Source of the DNA: Chloroflexota bacterium
Lineage (GTDB): Bacteria; Chloroflexota; Anaerolineae; Anaerolineales; E44-bin32
NCBI GenBank assembly: GCA_022561215.1
Contig: JADFRQ010000012.1
Span: 3,247 to 67,246 of the forward strand
DNA: 64,000 nucleotides
Reading direction: 5' to 3'
Shown here: one piece after another, positions 28,201 through 38,299 of the stretch
How the letters are laid out: each line of letters starts with the position of its first letter
Position numbering within the stretch: the stretch's first letter is position 1
Translations under genes and position numbers: made by a program
The notes under the pieces: generated by a model
Told to the model about the DNA's origin: nothing
What the model saw: the letters and a program-made list of their open reading frames with translations, nothing else
The model's database searches: none

Positions 28201-30180
28201 TTAAGAGAAAGAAGCAACAAGCTTGCCCATTTCACGCGTATCATAGCCAGGAATGGCATGGACCTCCTCACGAAATTGCAGCGACGCTAAAAGGTCAAAC
28301 AAGGGAGTTAATAGGGTCGAGTCGGAGAATTCATTCGGTATGATAAGGTCATAACGTTCCTCAAAAAGAGGAATAAAATCGAGGGCAAGCGCATTGGCGG
28401 CGGCCAGAATTCCCAAACCACAATCTGCTCTTCCTGAGGCAACTGCCGCTGCCAGCGTCATGTGTGTATATTCTTCCCAGGCATATCCATTGATTTCTTC
28501 TCCATTGATGCCCAATTCCGCCAGATGAAAGTCGAGCAACAGACGAGTTCCCGAACCTCGTTGCCGGTTGACGATATGAATTTCAGGATCGCGAAGATCG
28601 TCCAGCGACTTTATTTTTCTGGGATTACCCTGGGGAATAATCAGGCCTTGCTGGCGATAAACCAGCGTGATCACATCCAACGCAGTGCCGGGGAGATATT
28701 TTTTCACGTAGCTCAAATTGTATTCGCCGGTTTCTGGATCCAAGAGATGGCTCCCGGCAGCATGTGCTTCCTTGCGCTGCAGCGCAATTAGACCTCCCAT
28801 GCTTCCTATATTCGCGGAAGAAACACGAACGTTGCGCCGTGCAAGGTGCTGTGCAATCAAATCGATTGTCAGATCATGTGAGCCGAGAAAAACGATGGTC
28901 CGATCAATCTCCTCCGGTGTTCGGTATAGATAAACAGTCACTAGCTCCCCGGCCTGCATTCCCTGCACCCCACTGGGGATGCGAACAATTCCATCGGCGC
29001 GTACCAGCGACGTGATCGTGCCCGCCCCGCGAGACAATGGCGAAACAACCGTCCGTCCACCGACTTTCCCGACCGTCACCCTCAAATATTCATCATCTCC
29101 CATTTTGGAGTGAACCTTTCGGGTAAGGTTGGCTTTAAGCGTTTGTTTTTGATGCGCAGGTCGCCCCAACCATTTCGCCAGCAGAGGCTCTACGAAAATT
29201 TCGCCCGTCAACGCAGCCGAGACCGGATAGCCGGGAACACCGATTACGGGGATGCTTCCCCTGCCAGATTCTTCACTCGCTGATTGAAAATTTACCCTCA
29301 GCATACCCAAGATCACCGGGTGACCGGGGCGTATGGCAACTCCGTGGACCAGAAGCTTGCCTAAGCTGGCAACCACTTGGGATGTGAAATCTTCTGAACC
29401 TGCAGAAGAGCCAGCATTAATCAGCAGCAGATCAAAATTCTGCAGGTTTTCCTCAATCACACTTGAAATTTGGTTGAAATTGTCCGGGACGATCGGCAAG
29501 CGAGTCGATCTTCCGCCCCATTCTTCAATCTGCGCGCTTAAAACCAGCGAGTTGTATTCGATAATATCTCCAGGATTTGGATCGCTGCCGGGGGGTACAA
29601 GTTCTGACCCTGTGGGGAGTATGGCGACGCGCGGCTGTCGGCAAACATTAACAGTCGCGTGCCCGCTTCCCGCCAAGGCACCCAGGTCGACCGGGCGTAT
29701 CCTATGGCCGGCGGGAAGCAAAAGCTCCGTGGCCACGATGTCTTCACCTAGCGGACGTACATGGCTCCACGGTGCAACGGCCGACCGCAGTTGAAAAGCC
29801 TTCCATTCCGAGCGTTTTTCTTCCGGTTCCAGGGGTTCGACGTGTTCAATTGGGATCACGGCATCGGCCCAATCGGGGATGGGATCGCCGGTATCGACAT
29901 AGACGCATTGTGCCCCTATTGCAATCATTTGCGGCGAGTTTTCCGAAGCGCCTGCTGTTGTGGAAGATGGCAGCGCAAAGCCATCCATCGCTGCGCTGTG
30001 GTAGTGAGGGGAGCTAATTTTGGCCCAGATAGCTTTCGCCGTGATGCGGCCGTTGGCATGCTCCAGTGGAATTTCTTCACCTTCCAGCGCATGCCACAAT
30101 CCGGCCATTTTTAGCTCATCAACAAAGAGAGACCACGCTTCGGAAAAGGGCACATCGTGAAGGTAAATTGACTCACTCAT
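28201..30180 (-). CDS. moeA: Molybdopterin biosynthesis protein MoeA fused to a C-terminal PBP (LysR-substrate-like) domain
   Basis: SAAMDGF, TGSEL, RPGHP, PGYPVS; C-terminal GSHD, NRQRGSGTR. Confidence 0.9.
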   Translation of the reverse strand: MSESIYLHDVPFSEAWSLFVDELKMAGLWHALEGEEIPLEHANGRITAKAIWAKISSPHYHSAAMDGFALPSSTTAGASENSPQMIAIGAQCVYVDTGDPIPDWADAVIPIEHVEPLEPEEKRSEWKAFQLRSAVAPWSHVRPLGEDIVATELLLPAGHRIRPVDLGALAGSGHATVNVCRQPRVAILPTGSELVPPGSDPNPGDIIEYNSLVLSAQIEEWGGRSTRLPIVPDNFNQISSVIEENLQNFDLLLINAGSSAGSEDFTSQVVASLGKLLVHGVAIRPGHPVILGMLRVNFQSASEESGRGSIPVIGVPGYPVSAALTGEIFVEPLLAKWLGRPAHQKQTLKANLTRKVHSKMGDDEYLRVTVGKVGGRTVVSPLSRGAGTITSLVRADGIVRIPSGVQGMQAGELVTVYLYRTPEEIDRTIVFLGSHDLTIDLIAQHLARRNVRVSSANIGSMGGLIALQRKEAHAAGSHLLDPETGEYNLSYVKKYLPGTALDVITLVYRQQGLIIPQGNPRKIKSLDDLRDPEIHIVNRQRGSGTRLLLDFHLAELGINGEEINGYAWEEYTHMTLAAAVASGRADCGLGILAAANALALDFIPLFEERYDLIIPNEFSDSTLLTPLFDLLASLQFREEVHAIPGYDTREMGKLVASFS

Positions 30181-30184
30181 CGTG

Positions 30185-31426
30185 CTAAAAGAGCTCCACC
30201 ACTACGTCGGATCCCGCGGGAAGGCCCGTAACCTGGGGCGGGATCCGAATTAATCCCCCGGCACGAACAAGCGTAAAGATTAAATTCGATCGACCAAATA
30301 CCGGCTCAGCGATCCAATGATCATCTTCTCGAACGAGGTTGACAGGAATATAATCTTCCCGCCCGGCTTGTGAGTTGAGATTAATGCTTAGTTTGGCGAT
30401 CAATTGTGCTTCCGGAGCAGCCCCCTCAATTCCAAGCAGATGTTGAATTAACGGACTTACGAAGATTTTCGCGATCAGCAGCGCGCTGACTGGATTTCCT
30501 GGCAATCCAATGATCGGAATTCCATCGGCAACGGCCAGGATTGTGGGCCTGCCCGGCTTAATCGCCACGCCGTGAACCAGGACCCCGGGTTCCCCCAGTT
30601 TCTCGATGACATTCGATGTGAGATCATGTACACTCACTGATGATCCCGCAGTAATGATAACCACCTCATCTTCCAGGTGGGCTTTTTTTGCAACTCCGAG
30701 CAGTGCCTCGAAATTATCGGGCACAATTCCCCAGCGATGAGGCTCTCCTCCGGCTTTTTCAATCAAGGAGGAAAGTGTATAGGAATTTACATCGCGAACC
30801 TGGCCCAATTGCGGATCTACTTCAGGATGTACAACTTCGTTTCCTGTGGAAAGGATGCCTATGCGGGGTTTTTTAACGACCTCTACATCGACAAATCCAA
30901 GCGCCATTAACCCTCCAATTTCTTGCGCGCGAAGAATAGACCCAGAATGTATCACCACATCCCCCTGGTTTACATCCTCTCCCTTCAGCAGGACGTTCTC
31001 GCCCGGAGCAACGGCCTTTAACACTTCAACCTCGTTTTCGCTTATTCTTTGCGTATCCTCAATCATCACGACTGCATCGGCCTCATTGGGGAGCATTCCA
31101 CCGGTATGAATGACGATTGATTTTGTTGGCATAAGGCTTGGCGGAGGTTTGCGGCTTCCCATCTCGATCTCGCCGATGAGATTTAGATAGACAGGAAGTG
31201 TAGATGATGCGCCAAAGGTGTCTTTCGCCAATACCGCAAACCCGTCTACCGTCGATCTCTTAAAGGGTGGCAATGGGATAGGAGCTTTAATTGCCTTTGC
31301 TAATACTCTTCCCAGCGCCGAAGCAGTCGCGATCATTTCTGCATCGCGCGTTTTTCTTTTTGGAAGGGCATCGAACAATATAGATTTTGCTCGATGCGGA
31401 GGGATGAGTTTTAGAAATTCAGGCAA
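30185..31426 (-). CDS. moeA: Molybdopterin molybdotransferase (gephyrin-like MoeA)
   Basis: STVDGFAV, TGGMLP, STGNE, KPGRP, PGNPVS. Confidence 0.9.
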   Translation of the reverse strand: MPEFLKLIPPHRAKSILFDALPKRKTRDAEMIATASALGRVLAKAIKAPIPLPPFKRSTVDGFAVLAKDTFGASSTLPVYLNLIGEIEMGSRKPPPSLMPTKSIVIHTGGMLPNEADAVVMIEDTQRISENEVEVLKAVAPGENVLLKGEDVNQGDVVIHSGSILRAQEIGGLMALGFVDVEVVKKPRIGILSTGNEVVHPEVDPQLGQVRDVNSYTLSSLIEKAGGEPHRWGIVPDNFEALLGVAKKAHLEDEVVIITAGSSVSVHDLTSNVIEKLGEPGVLVHGVAIKPGRPTILAVADGIPIIGLPGNPVSALLIAKIFVSPLIQHLLGIEGAAPEAQLIAKLSINLNSQAGREDYIPVNLVREDDHWIAEPVFGRSNLIFTLVRAGGLIRIPPQVTGLPAGSDVVVELF

Positions 31427-31428
31427 GG

Positions 31429-32349
31429 TTATTGCACCACAAACCCAATGATTTGCAAATATGTTGTCAGACCAAATAATGCCAATCCACTAAACGTAAT
31501 TGTACGCCAGCGTGGTTTGTAGCCCTTTCGGATGCGGGATATTTGCCATACTTGGGCAACTGCCAACGGCAATGTTATGGTCATCCCGATCACCACGCGC
31601 TGCGGTAAGCCAAACAGGAATGCGGCAAGCACACTGCCAGCGGCAAAGAGGATCGCAAAATCATGCAATCGCATTGCCGTAGACCATCCAATGCGCACGA
31701 GAAGTGTTTGTTTGTCGAATTTCAGATCGTTGGAGTAGTCGGGGAGTTCGAAAACAATCATCATCGCAAAATGAAGCGCGATGAGCGGTGTACTCGACAT
31801 GATCAAGAGGCGGTGGAACTCCCCCGTCTGCAGAACGAAGGCAAAAATTGGAAGCAGGCCGGCAACCAGAACCGAAGTGGAAACTTCCCCGTAGCCTGAC
31901 GTAATCAACTTTATGGGCGGAATGTTGTAAAGAAATGCTCCTAAGAATATGAGCATAAGAATCATCCACGCTAAGACGGGAACCGATCCATTTATCAACA
32001 TAAGGATTGCAATCGTGGCAGCGATTGCCAGCGAAAATGCGGCAGCGTAGAGAGCAATTCTATAGGGTAGTCCGCCGGGGCCAAGCACGCCACTGCCTCC
32101 TGTAATTGGCGTGCGGCTATCATTCGCACGATCGGCATCCGCGTCGAAGTATTCATTGAGGTAATGGGTCATTAGTTGAATGAAGGTGACCGCAAGTTGA
32201 CCGAGCAGATACAATTCTGGGTCAATGGGAATATCGAGAAAGATCAGGATCGCCGCGCCCAGGCCGTACAGAAGAAAACCCCCGAGCAAAAAGAATGGTC
32301 TACTCAGCCGAAGGAAAAGGCCCACATTGTGCATCGAGAGATTATTCAT
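31429..32349 (-). CDS. UbiA/MenA family prenyltransferase (DHNA prenyltransferase-like)
   Basis: RP N-terminus, NEYFD, GGSG, GYGE, PDYSND...KQTL. Confidence 0.8.
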   Translation of the reverse strand: MNNLSMHNVGLFLRLSRPFFLLGGFLLYGLGAAILIFLDIPIDPELYLLGQLAVTFIQLMTHYLNEYFDADADRANDSRTPITGGSGVLGPGGLPYRIALYAAAFSLAIAATIAILMLINGSVPVLAWMILMLIFLGAFLYNIPPIKLITSGYGEVSTSVLVAGLLPIFAFVLQTGEFHRLLIMSSTPLIALHFAMMIVFELPDYSNDLKFDKQTLLVRIGWSTAMRLHDFAILFAAGSVLAAFLFGLPQRVVIGMTITLPLAVAQVWQISRIRKGYKPRWRTITFSGLALFGLTTYLQIIGFVVQ

Positions 32350-32758
32350 TCTTTTCCCATCGATAACTTTGGTCATCGTTGTCGATATGAGTTGCCAGAC
32401 GCACGAGTGTAACTTCTTGACTTATGGCACGATAACCAAAGGCGACCCCAAATGGTACCAGCATCATAAGTGGCGAGGAAGTCAAATACTCGAATTTATC
32501 TTGATAGGTTGGGGAATTGGCGCGTTTATCCTGCCAATGGAATGATGCTTCCCCTTGTATCATTGTCCACACTTCATCGGCGATATCGCGCACGCGCATA
32601 ATAAATTCCGATCGTGGAGAAATTGTTAAGTACTCGACGGCTTTAAGATCGCGAAGAAGATGATCTTCGTACTGATAAACCGTCAGGCGGAAGGTAGCGT
32701 CGTGATCAACGGCACGGATTTTACGCAAGTACAGATCATGGATCGAAGTCTCTATCAT
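32342..32758 (-). CDS. RmlC-like cupin protein
   Basis: WQDKRANSPT and LVPFGVAFGY resemble dTDP-sugar epimerase motifs. Confidence 0.6.
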   Translation of the reverse strand: MIETSIHDLYLRKIRAVDHDATFRLTVYQYEDHLLRDLKAVEYLTISPRSEFIMRVRDIADEVWTMIQGEASFHWQDKRANSPTYQDKFEYLTSSPLMMLVPFGVAFGYRAISQEVTLVRLATHIDNDDQSYRWEKNE

Positions 32759-33250
32759 TTACTTGTGCAGCGCTTCCTGGATGTCCTGGGCATGTTCCAG
32801 TCTGTGGGAGGCAATACGCCGAAGAAAACCTTCGATTGTTAGAATATCGCCGCTGGAATGCCGACCGCTTGTATCCAGGGATGGATCCTCGAGACCATCT
32901 AAAAATTCGAGGATTTCCCTATGTGTTTTCAAAATCTGCTCACAAAAGCCGGCAATTGTATTTCTCTCGCTCTTGCGTGCGACACTGCGGTTCCAACGTT
33001 CAAGATCAAAATCCTCGGGAACGGTCATTTTCCCTTGTGAGGCCCTGCGTGCTTGCCCTAACATTCCACTCTCGGCATCCGCAAGATGAGAGACTACATT
33101 CTGTACTGTCCAATGGTAGTCATCTGGCGCATAGACGATCTTTTCGCGATCCTCATCCGTGAGGATTGCGAGAATAGGCCAGGACTGCGCATGTTGCGCG
33201 GCAATAAAGTCATACAAATCAGCTTTTCGATTGCCGGTGCCCTCTTTCAT
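32759..33250 (-). CDS. DinB family protein
   Basis: WTVQNVVSHL...HRLEH. Confidence 0.8.
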   Translation of the reverse strand: MKEGTGNRKADLYDFIAAQHAQSWPILAILTDEDREKIVYAPDDYHWTVQNVVSHLADAESGMLGQARRASQGKMTVPEDFDLERWNRSVARKSERNTIAGFCEQILKTHREILEFLDGLEDPSLDTSGRHSSGDILTIEGFLRRIASHRLEHAQDIQEALHK

Positions 33251-33413
33251 CCCCCGTTCCTCCTCAATTTAATTGCGAATACGGAATGCTCTTGGCACCC
33301 GGTAGCAGGCTTTGATGATCTACTCAGAAGATATTGATGTTGCCTCTACCTGACATTACCCTTCAGGCGCTGCGCCAGCGTTGCCTATCGCTCGCCAGTA
33401 GACTCCAGCGATC

Positions 33414-34148
33414 TCATTCAACCAGCGACATTCCTCCATCGATTACAAGAATTTCACCCGTGATGTAGTCATTTTTTAGCAAAAATAGCAGCGCATCTGA
33501 AAGTTGATTTGCGCCATCGCGCATATTTAATAACGCTTTTTTGGAATAATTATCCCATCTCTCTATAGAAAGGCCCTCGGGTCGTAGGATGGGGCCAGGA
33601 GCGATGGCATTTACGCGGATTTCGGGCGCCAATGCTATTGCCGCAATTTTGGTTATCATTTCCAATCCTGCTTTACTGACGCTATGGATGGGAAATCGCG
33701 CATGTGGTTTATGTCCGATAATGTCGGAGATGTTAATGATGACCCCGCCACTAGATGATTTCATACGCACGGCCGCCTGCTGCAAACAGAAAAAGGCAGC
33801 CTTCATGTTCAGATTAATTGTACCGTCCCAATCGGATTCATTTACGTCAAGAAGGTCAATCGGTTGCAGGATTGCGGCGGAGTTGACCAGGATATCGATC
33901 GGGCCGAGAGCCTTATCGATCCGCTTGAATAGATCATCAATCTCTTTTAGATTGGTAAGATCGGCCTGCAATGCGATCGCCTCGACGTTCATATTGCGCA
34001 GGGATTGCAGGGTGGTGTGCGCCTTTTCTGCAGACCGGTTGTAGTGAATGACAACACGACAGCCTTGCTCGGCGACTGCGTGAGCTAATTCCTTTCCCAC
34101 ACGATGTGCAGAACCAGTGACCAAGGCTACTTTATTCTCAAGCTCCAT
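33414..34148 (-). CDS. SDR oxidoreductase (pteridine reductase/FolM-like)
   Basis: TGSAHRVG, IHY, NSA, VNAIAPG, DGG; HxxxK in place of YxxxK. Confidence 0.85.
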   Translation of the reverse strand: MELENKVALVTGSAHRVGKELAHAVAEQGCRVVIHYNRSAEKAHTTLQSLRNMNVEAIALQADLTNLKEIDDLFKRIDKALGPIDILVNSAAILQPIDLLDVNESDWDGTINLNMKAAFFCLQQAAVRMKSSSGGVIINISDIIGHKPHARFPIHSVSKAGLEMITKIAAIALAPEIRVNAIAPGPILRPEGLSIERWDNYSKKALLNMRDGANQLSDALLFLLKNDYITGEILVIDGGMSLVE

Positions 34149-34589
34149 AGTAAATCCCTATAAGGCTGGCCCATCTTGCAACCGGACCGCGACTCAAGAC
34201 GTGGCCTGCCGAAAACGCTCCATCTTATCGAAAACCAGACGCAAAAGCGAAGCGAGATGAAGCTTGCTGCCGGTTGCCCACAAGCATGATGACAATGCAA
34301 AGGCGAAACGAGTGGATGGTGGAATGAAGCGACATGTTCATTGGAGATTGGCTAGGCAACTGGGAGTTGCCCTGTTCCTCCCAAGCTACCAGGCGAATGC
34401 CTGATAGCCAAATGCATCGCCCGTACACGGATCGAGAATTTCGTTGATATGAAGGCGACGTGAGCTGAAGCTCGATACCAGTCGCCCCTGCACCAATGAG
34501 CAGAGCGCGGCAGTGTTGTAGATACCGAATTGCTACCATCAATAGGAGGGTGCTTGCCCTTTCGGGATTACCTCGCAAAACCAGATTCG

Positions 34590-35543
34590 CTACCTGCGCA
34601 CCAAATTGGATAGAAAAAACCAAAGATTGGCGGGTCTTTCAGCGAGTCTGCGGACAAAGTAAGGGTACCACTGTGTTCCATAAGGAATATAAATGCGCAC
34701 AGGGTAGCCCTCGTTTGCCATTTTGACCTGCAGGTTCGGCCGGATGCCATAGAGAAATTGAAATTCCAGCTGCGATTTAGTCAGCCCCAATTCCCGAGCG
34801 TGATCCCGGGCAATAATTATGCGCTTCTCATCATGTGTGGCGATCACCGTCGTGGGAGGAATTTTTCCATCACCAGGTGAGCTGCTATTCAAAGCCGCAT
34901 AATCGATCATATGTCTTACAAGCAAATCGAAGTTTGCATCAACATCCCTTTTTCGTGAATAGGCAATGTTTGCAGGTTCTCGATAGGCGCCCTTAACCAT
35001 TCGAATATTCGCGCCAATGTCGAGCAGATCAAGAACGTCCTGTTCGCTCCGTTTGAGATAAGATTGAATCACAACCCCAACATTCTGGTTGCCCATTGCG
35101 CGAACACGTTTGAAAATTCTAAGCGTATTTTCCAGCAGAGCAGATTCTTCCATATCGATGCGCACAAAATTATTACACGCGGAAGCAACTTCGAGGATGT
35201 GGATTAGATTTTCCTGACAGAGATCGTAATCAAAGCCCAGACCCAATTGCGTTAATTTTAGGGAGATTCCGGCCTTGATGTTTTCGTTTTCAAGGGCATG
35301 CAGTACGGCCGAATACGCTTCGGCGCTTGCGATCGCACCTTCGCGGTTGTCGACATTTTCTCCCAGCAGGTCCAGCGTTCCCCAGAAGCCTTTGGCATTC
35401 AGCTGCATGGTGGCGGAGAGCGCCTCCTTTAATGTATCTCCGGCGACAAAACGTGAAGCTGCCGCCCTAGTAAAACGCCACTGGGTAACCATCTTGCGCG
35501 CCCAGTTTGCTTGGGAGAGATAGATCAGTAATGTACGTAGCAT
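34590..35543 (-). CDS. Monofunctional proline dehydrogenase
   Basis: RFVAG, LGEN, SLKLTQLG, IDME, RMVKGAY, ATHD, YFVRRLAER. Confidence 0.92.
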   Translation of the reverse strand: MLRTLLIYLSQANWARKMVTQWRFTRAAASRFVAGDTLKEALSATMQLNAKGFWGTLDLLGENVDNREGAIASAEAYSAVLHALENENIKAGISLKLTQLGLGFDYDLCQENLIHILEVASACNNFVRIDMEESALLENTLRIFKRVRAMGNQNVGVVIQSYLKRSEQDVLDLLDIGANIRMVKGAYREPANIAYSRKRDVDANFDLLVRHMIDYAALNSSSPGDGKIPPTTVIATHDEKRIIIARDHARELGLTKSQLEFQFLYGIRPNLQVKMANEGYPVRIYIPYGTQWYPYFVRRLAERPANLWFFLSNLVRR

Positions 35544-36724
35544 GCGGGCCTACACCTTAGAGGCTAGCTGCGGAGCGACGGTTGCGCCCAACGGTAACGC
35601 AGAACTCCGCAAGCCTGCTCCTTTTATGGGAAAGTGCCTGAATAATTCGTAACACGCTCCGGGGTTGCTGACGAACCCGCAGTTTGCCGTGGCGAAAGAT
35701 AACATGCCGGGGTTTTTAGGGAGGATGCCCCCGTGCTTGTTTTTCCGCAAATGCCAGCCATCCGCTGAAGATGCCCACTCGTTGTTATTCGGAATCTTCA
35801 CTTCTGGAATAAGCTCGCCTGGGCGCGCATCGGAGTTGGTCGGCGGCGCGTTCAATCTTTTGCAATCCATTGGCAATTAAGCTGCTCCGTTAGAAAAAGT
35901 CGACCCTCTGTGGAATGTGATCTTGAACGTGCTGCTATCTCGATCTATGGTTGTGCTCAGCGTTTGCTGAATCGGCGGGATGAGATCAAACGATCGCAGC
36001 GAAGACGCACTGAATCGAAACCACCATTTAAGAAAGTTGCACATGCGCGTGTTCGGTCGAGATTCATGCATCGAATTCTAGCAACAAACATCGAAAAATT
36101 CGAATAGGGTGCGGGCTGGAGAAAATATCGAATTCAGGTTCCAAAATGGGGATACATTGTCCTTGAGCATTCGCATCTTTGCAGCCGACGGTATCGGCCG
36201 AAAAACATTGGGGAAATTCCGCAACAATTCAGCTAAACATAAACATTGCGCGCCATTTCGATTTCTGCGCTTGTGCTCCGGAATGCGCGTTAATGTGTGC
36301 GCGTTCAAATGGCTCTTATCCGCGCACATGCCGTCCTATCGCCCGACCATGCGCTCGCACTTTCTTTAATCCCTCTGACACGATTCTACAGCGTTTGATA
36401 TCCGTGTTGTCATGCGTAAGTAATTCACCTGTCAAATGGCCGCGACGACGAATAAAAGCCGTGGAGGAAAGCGAATAAATTTTGTAAGGTCTATGCAAGC
36501 CATCTGTAAGGCCGATGTCAGGGCAACCAACGCTAAGATGATTAGGCGAGCACGGGCAGTGTGTGGGACCTGCCCGATTTCGAATAGGTTTCGTGGTTGG
36601 TTTCTCGCGGTGCCCGAGGCCGGCACCGAGGAAATGCAAGCATATTTTGTTGGCCATCCGTGTAAGGAAGAAAAATCCGCTGCGCGATTCCATTCTTCCA
36701 ATTCAAGCAAACCCGGAGATATTG

Positions 36725-38269
36725 ATGGACCTGTCTGGTAAGCAAGAGCAATCCAATTCCAATCTGAGAGAACGCGGGCAGATGATGGTGTTGTTGGCCG
36801 CGGGGATGATCGGCATTATCGGCTTCATTGGTCTGGCTGTCGACGCCGGTATTCTGTTTGCCCATGTTGGCCATCTGCGCCGGGGTGTTGACTCAGCGGC
36901 GTTATCCGCAGCCAACCAGATCCGAGAGGGCAATAGCACGAGCATGATTCAAAACTCGGCGAAGGAATTAATTCTGCTGAATCTGCCCGGGACGGATTTA
37001 ACCCTTGATGTAACGGTTGATACTTGCAGCACCGATCCATCAATTGAAGGCTGCTCATCTGGCCCACGGAAGCTCGCCAGAGTAGAAGCGAATCTAAATG
37101 TTACCCTCTCGTTTTTGCCAATCCTGGGGTTTGGCGAAATTCTTGTCACTGCCGAAGCAATTTCCGAAGCAGCTTCAGTCGACCTGATTTTGGTGCTGGA
37201 TAACTCAACCTCCATGGCCTATGACACGGCGGGAATTGCCGGCCCTGGAATTACAGATTCGGAACTGACAATCTGCAATGGCAATGCTGGCAATTCATCG
37301 ACCGGTTGCCAGCCCTTTGAGGACATGCGCGCTGCAGCCAAGGGATTGGTCGACAGTATGTATCTTTCCTATGATCGCGTAGCCCTGGTCAATTTCAGCC
37401 GTTTCGCCGGTCAGGTAAGCGGCACCATTGGCGCATCGGACGAAGCGCCCCTGCATATCGCCGATCTCTCACTTACCTCGACGGAGGCCACCATCGATGC
37501 GGCACTCGACGCAATGCGCGTGTACCCCAATCTTGTTGCCAGCAGCATTTGCCCGGATTGGACACTACGCGCGGACGGCAACCCGGACGACCCACGCGCC
37601 TGTATGCGCACAAACATCGCTGCAGGTCTGGCAGTTGGTGGAAATGAACTGCAGACAAATGGGCGGGAGGATTCAGTCTGGGTCGTGATTTTGCTCTCGG
37701 ATGGGGTTTCCAATGCGGCATACCAAATTCCCTCCGACTTTTCTTCGCTAAGTGCCGATGCCGTCGACTGGTACTGTCCCACGGATTTCTGGCGTGCGGA
37801 TACGACAGATAACCGTGTCGTTGATCTCTACGCGGGGCCATGGTGTGTTGATGGAAATCCTTATTCGGGGTACACACATCCTTCCCTGTCTGGCGATCCT
37901 GATCCCGAAGATCTCACACGCTTGTATGCCGATTGGGTCGGATGTTACCCATTGGGGATCAACAATGATTGTTCAACCGATGGACTTGGGGCAGTAATTT
38001 TTAGTATTGGACTCGGCAATGCTGTTACGAACAACCAGAACGGCGTCGAGTACCCGTGGTTTGGGGAGCAGGTTATGCGCTATATCGCGCGCGTTGGCTA
38101 CGATGGTGACCCAGCCTCCGATTCCAGCAGTGATCCATGCTGGGATTTTGATGATTCCAGCGGGAGAGGCCAGGATTGCGGCAATTATTATTATTCACCC
38201 GATGGAAGTGGTCTAACGACTATTTTCAACACCATTGGAGACAGAATCTATACCCGGCTCACACATTAG
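36725..38269 (+). CDS. TadG-like pilus-associated protein with vWA domain
   Basis: RGQ + hydrophobic segment + VD...DSAAL; MIDAS LDNSTSM, TN, LSDG. Confidence 0.8.
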   Translation: MDLSGKQEQSNSNLRERGQMMVLLAAGMIGIIGFIGLAVDAGILFAHVGHLRRGVDSAALSAANQIREGNSTSMIQNSAKELILLNLPGTDLTLDVTVDTCSTDPSIEGCSSGPRKLARVEANLNVTLSFLPILGFGEILVTAEAISEAASVDLILVLDNSTSMAYDTAGIAGPGITDSELTICNGNAGNSSTGCQPFEDMRAAAKGLVDSMYLSYDRVALVNFSRFAGQVSGTIGASDEAPLHIADLSLTSTEATIDAALDAMRVYPNLVASSICPDWTLRADGNPDDPRACMRTNIAAGLAVGGNELQTNGREDSVWVVILLSDGVSNAAYQIPSDFSSLSADAVDWYCPTDFWRADTTDNRVVDLYAGPWCVDGNPYSGYTHPSLSGDPDPEDLTRLYADWVGCYPLGINNDCSTDGLGAVIFSIGLGNAVTNNQNGVEYPWFGEQVMRYIARVGYDGDPASDSSSDPCWDFDDSSGRGQDCGNYYYSPDGSGLTTIFNTIGDRIYTRLTH

Positions 38270-38299
38270 GGGAGGCCGCGAAAGACGAAAGGAAATGGT

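Noticed and set aside
34149-34589. Folate/pterin riboswitch or gene upstream of the SDR
   Set aside because: No match to THF, ZTP or Moco consensus by eye; ORF 34225-34623 has no recognisable features.
35661-35680. IS terminal inverted repeat-like GGGGTTGCTGACGAACCC
   Set aside because: No partner repeat or transposase found; too short to support a call.
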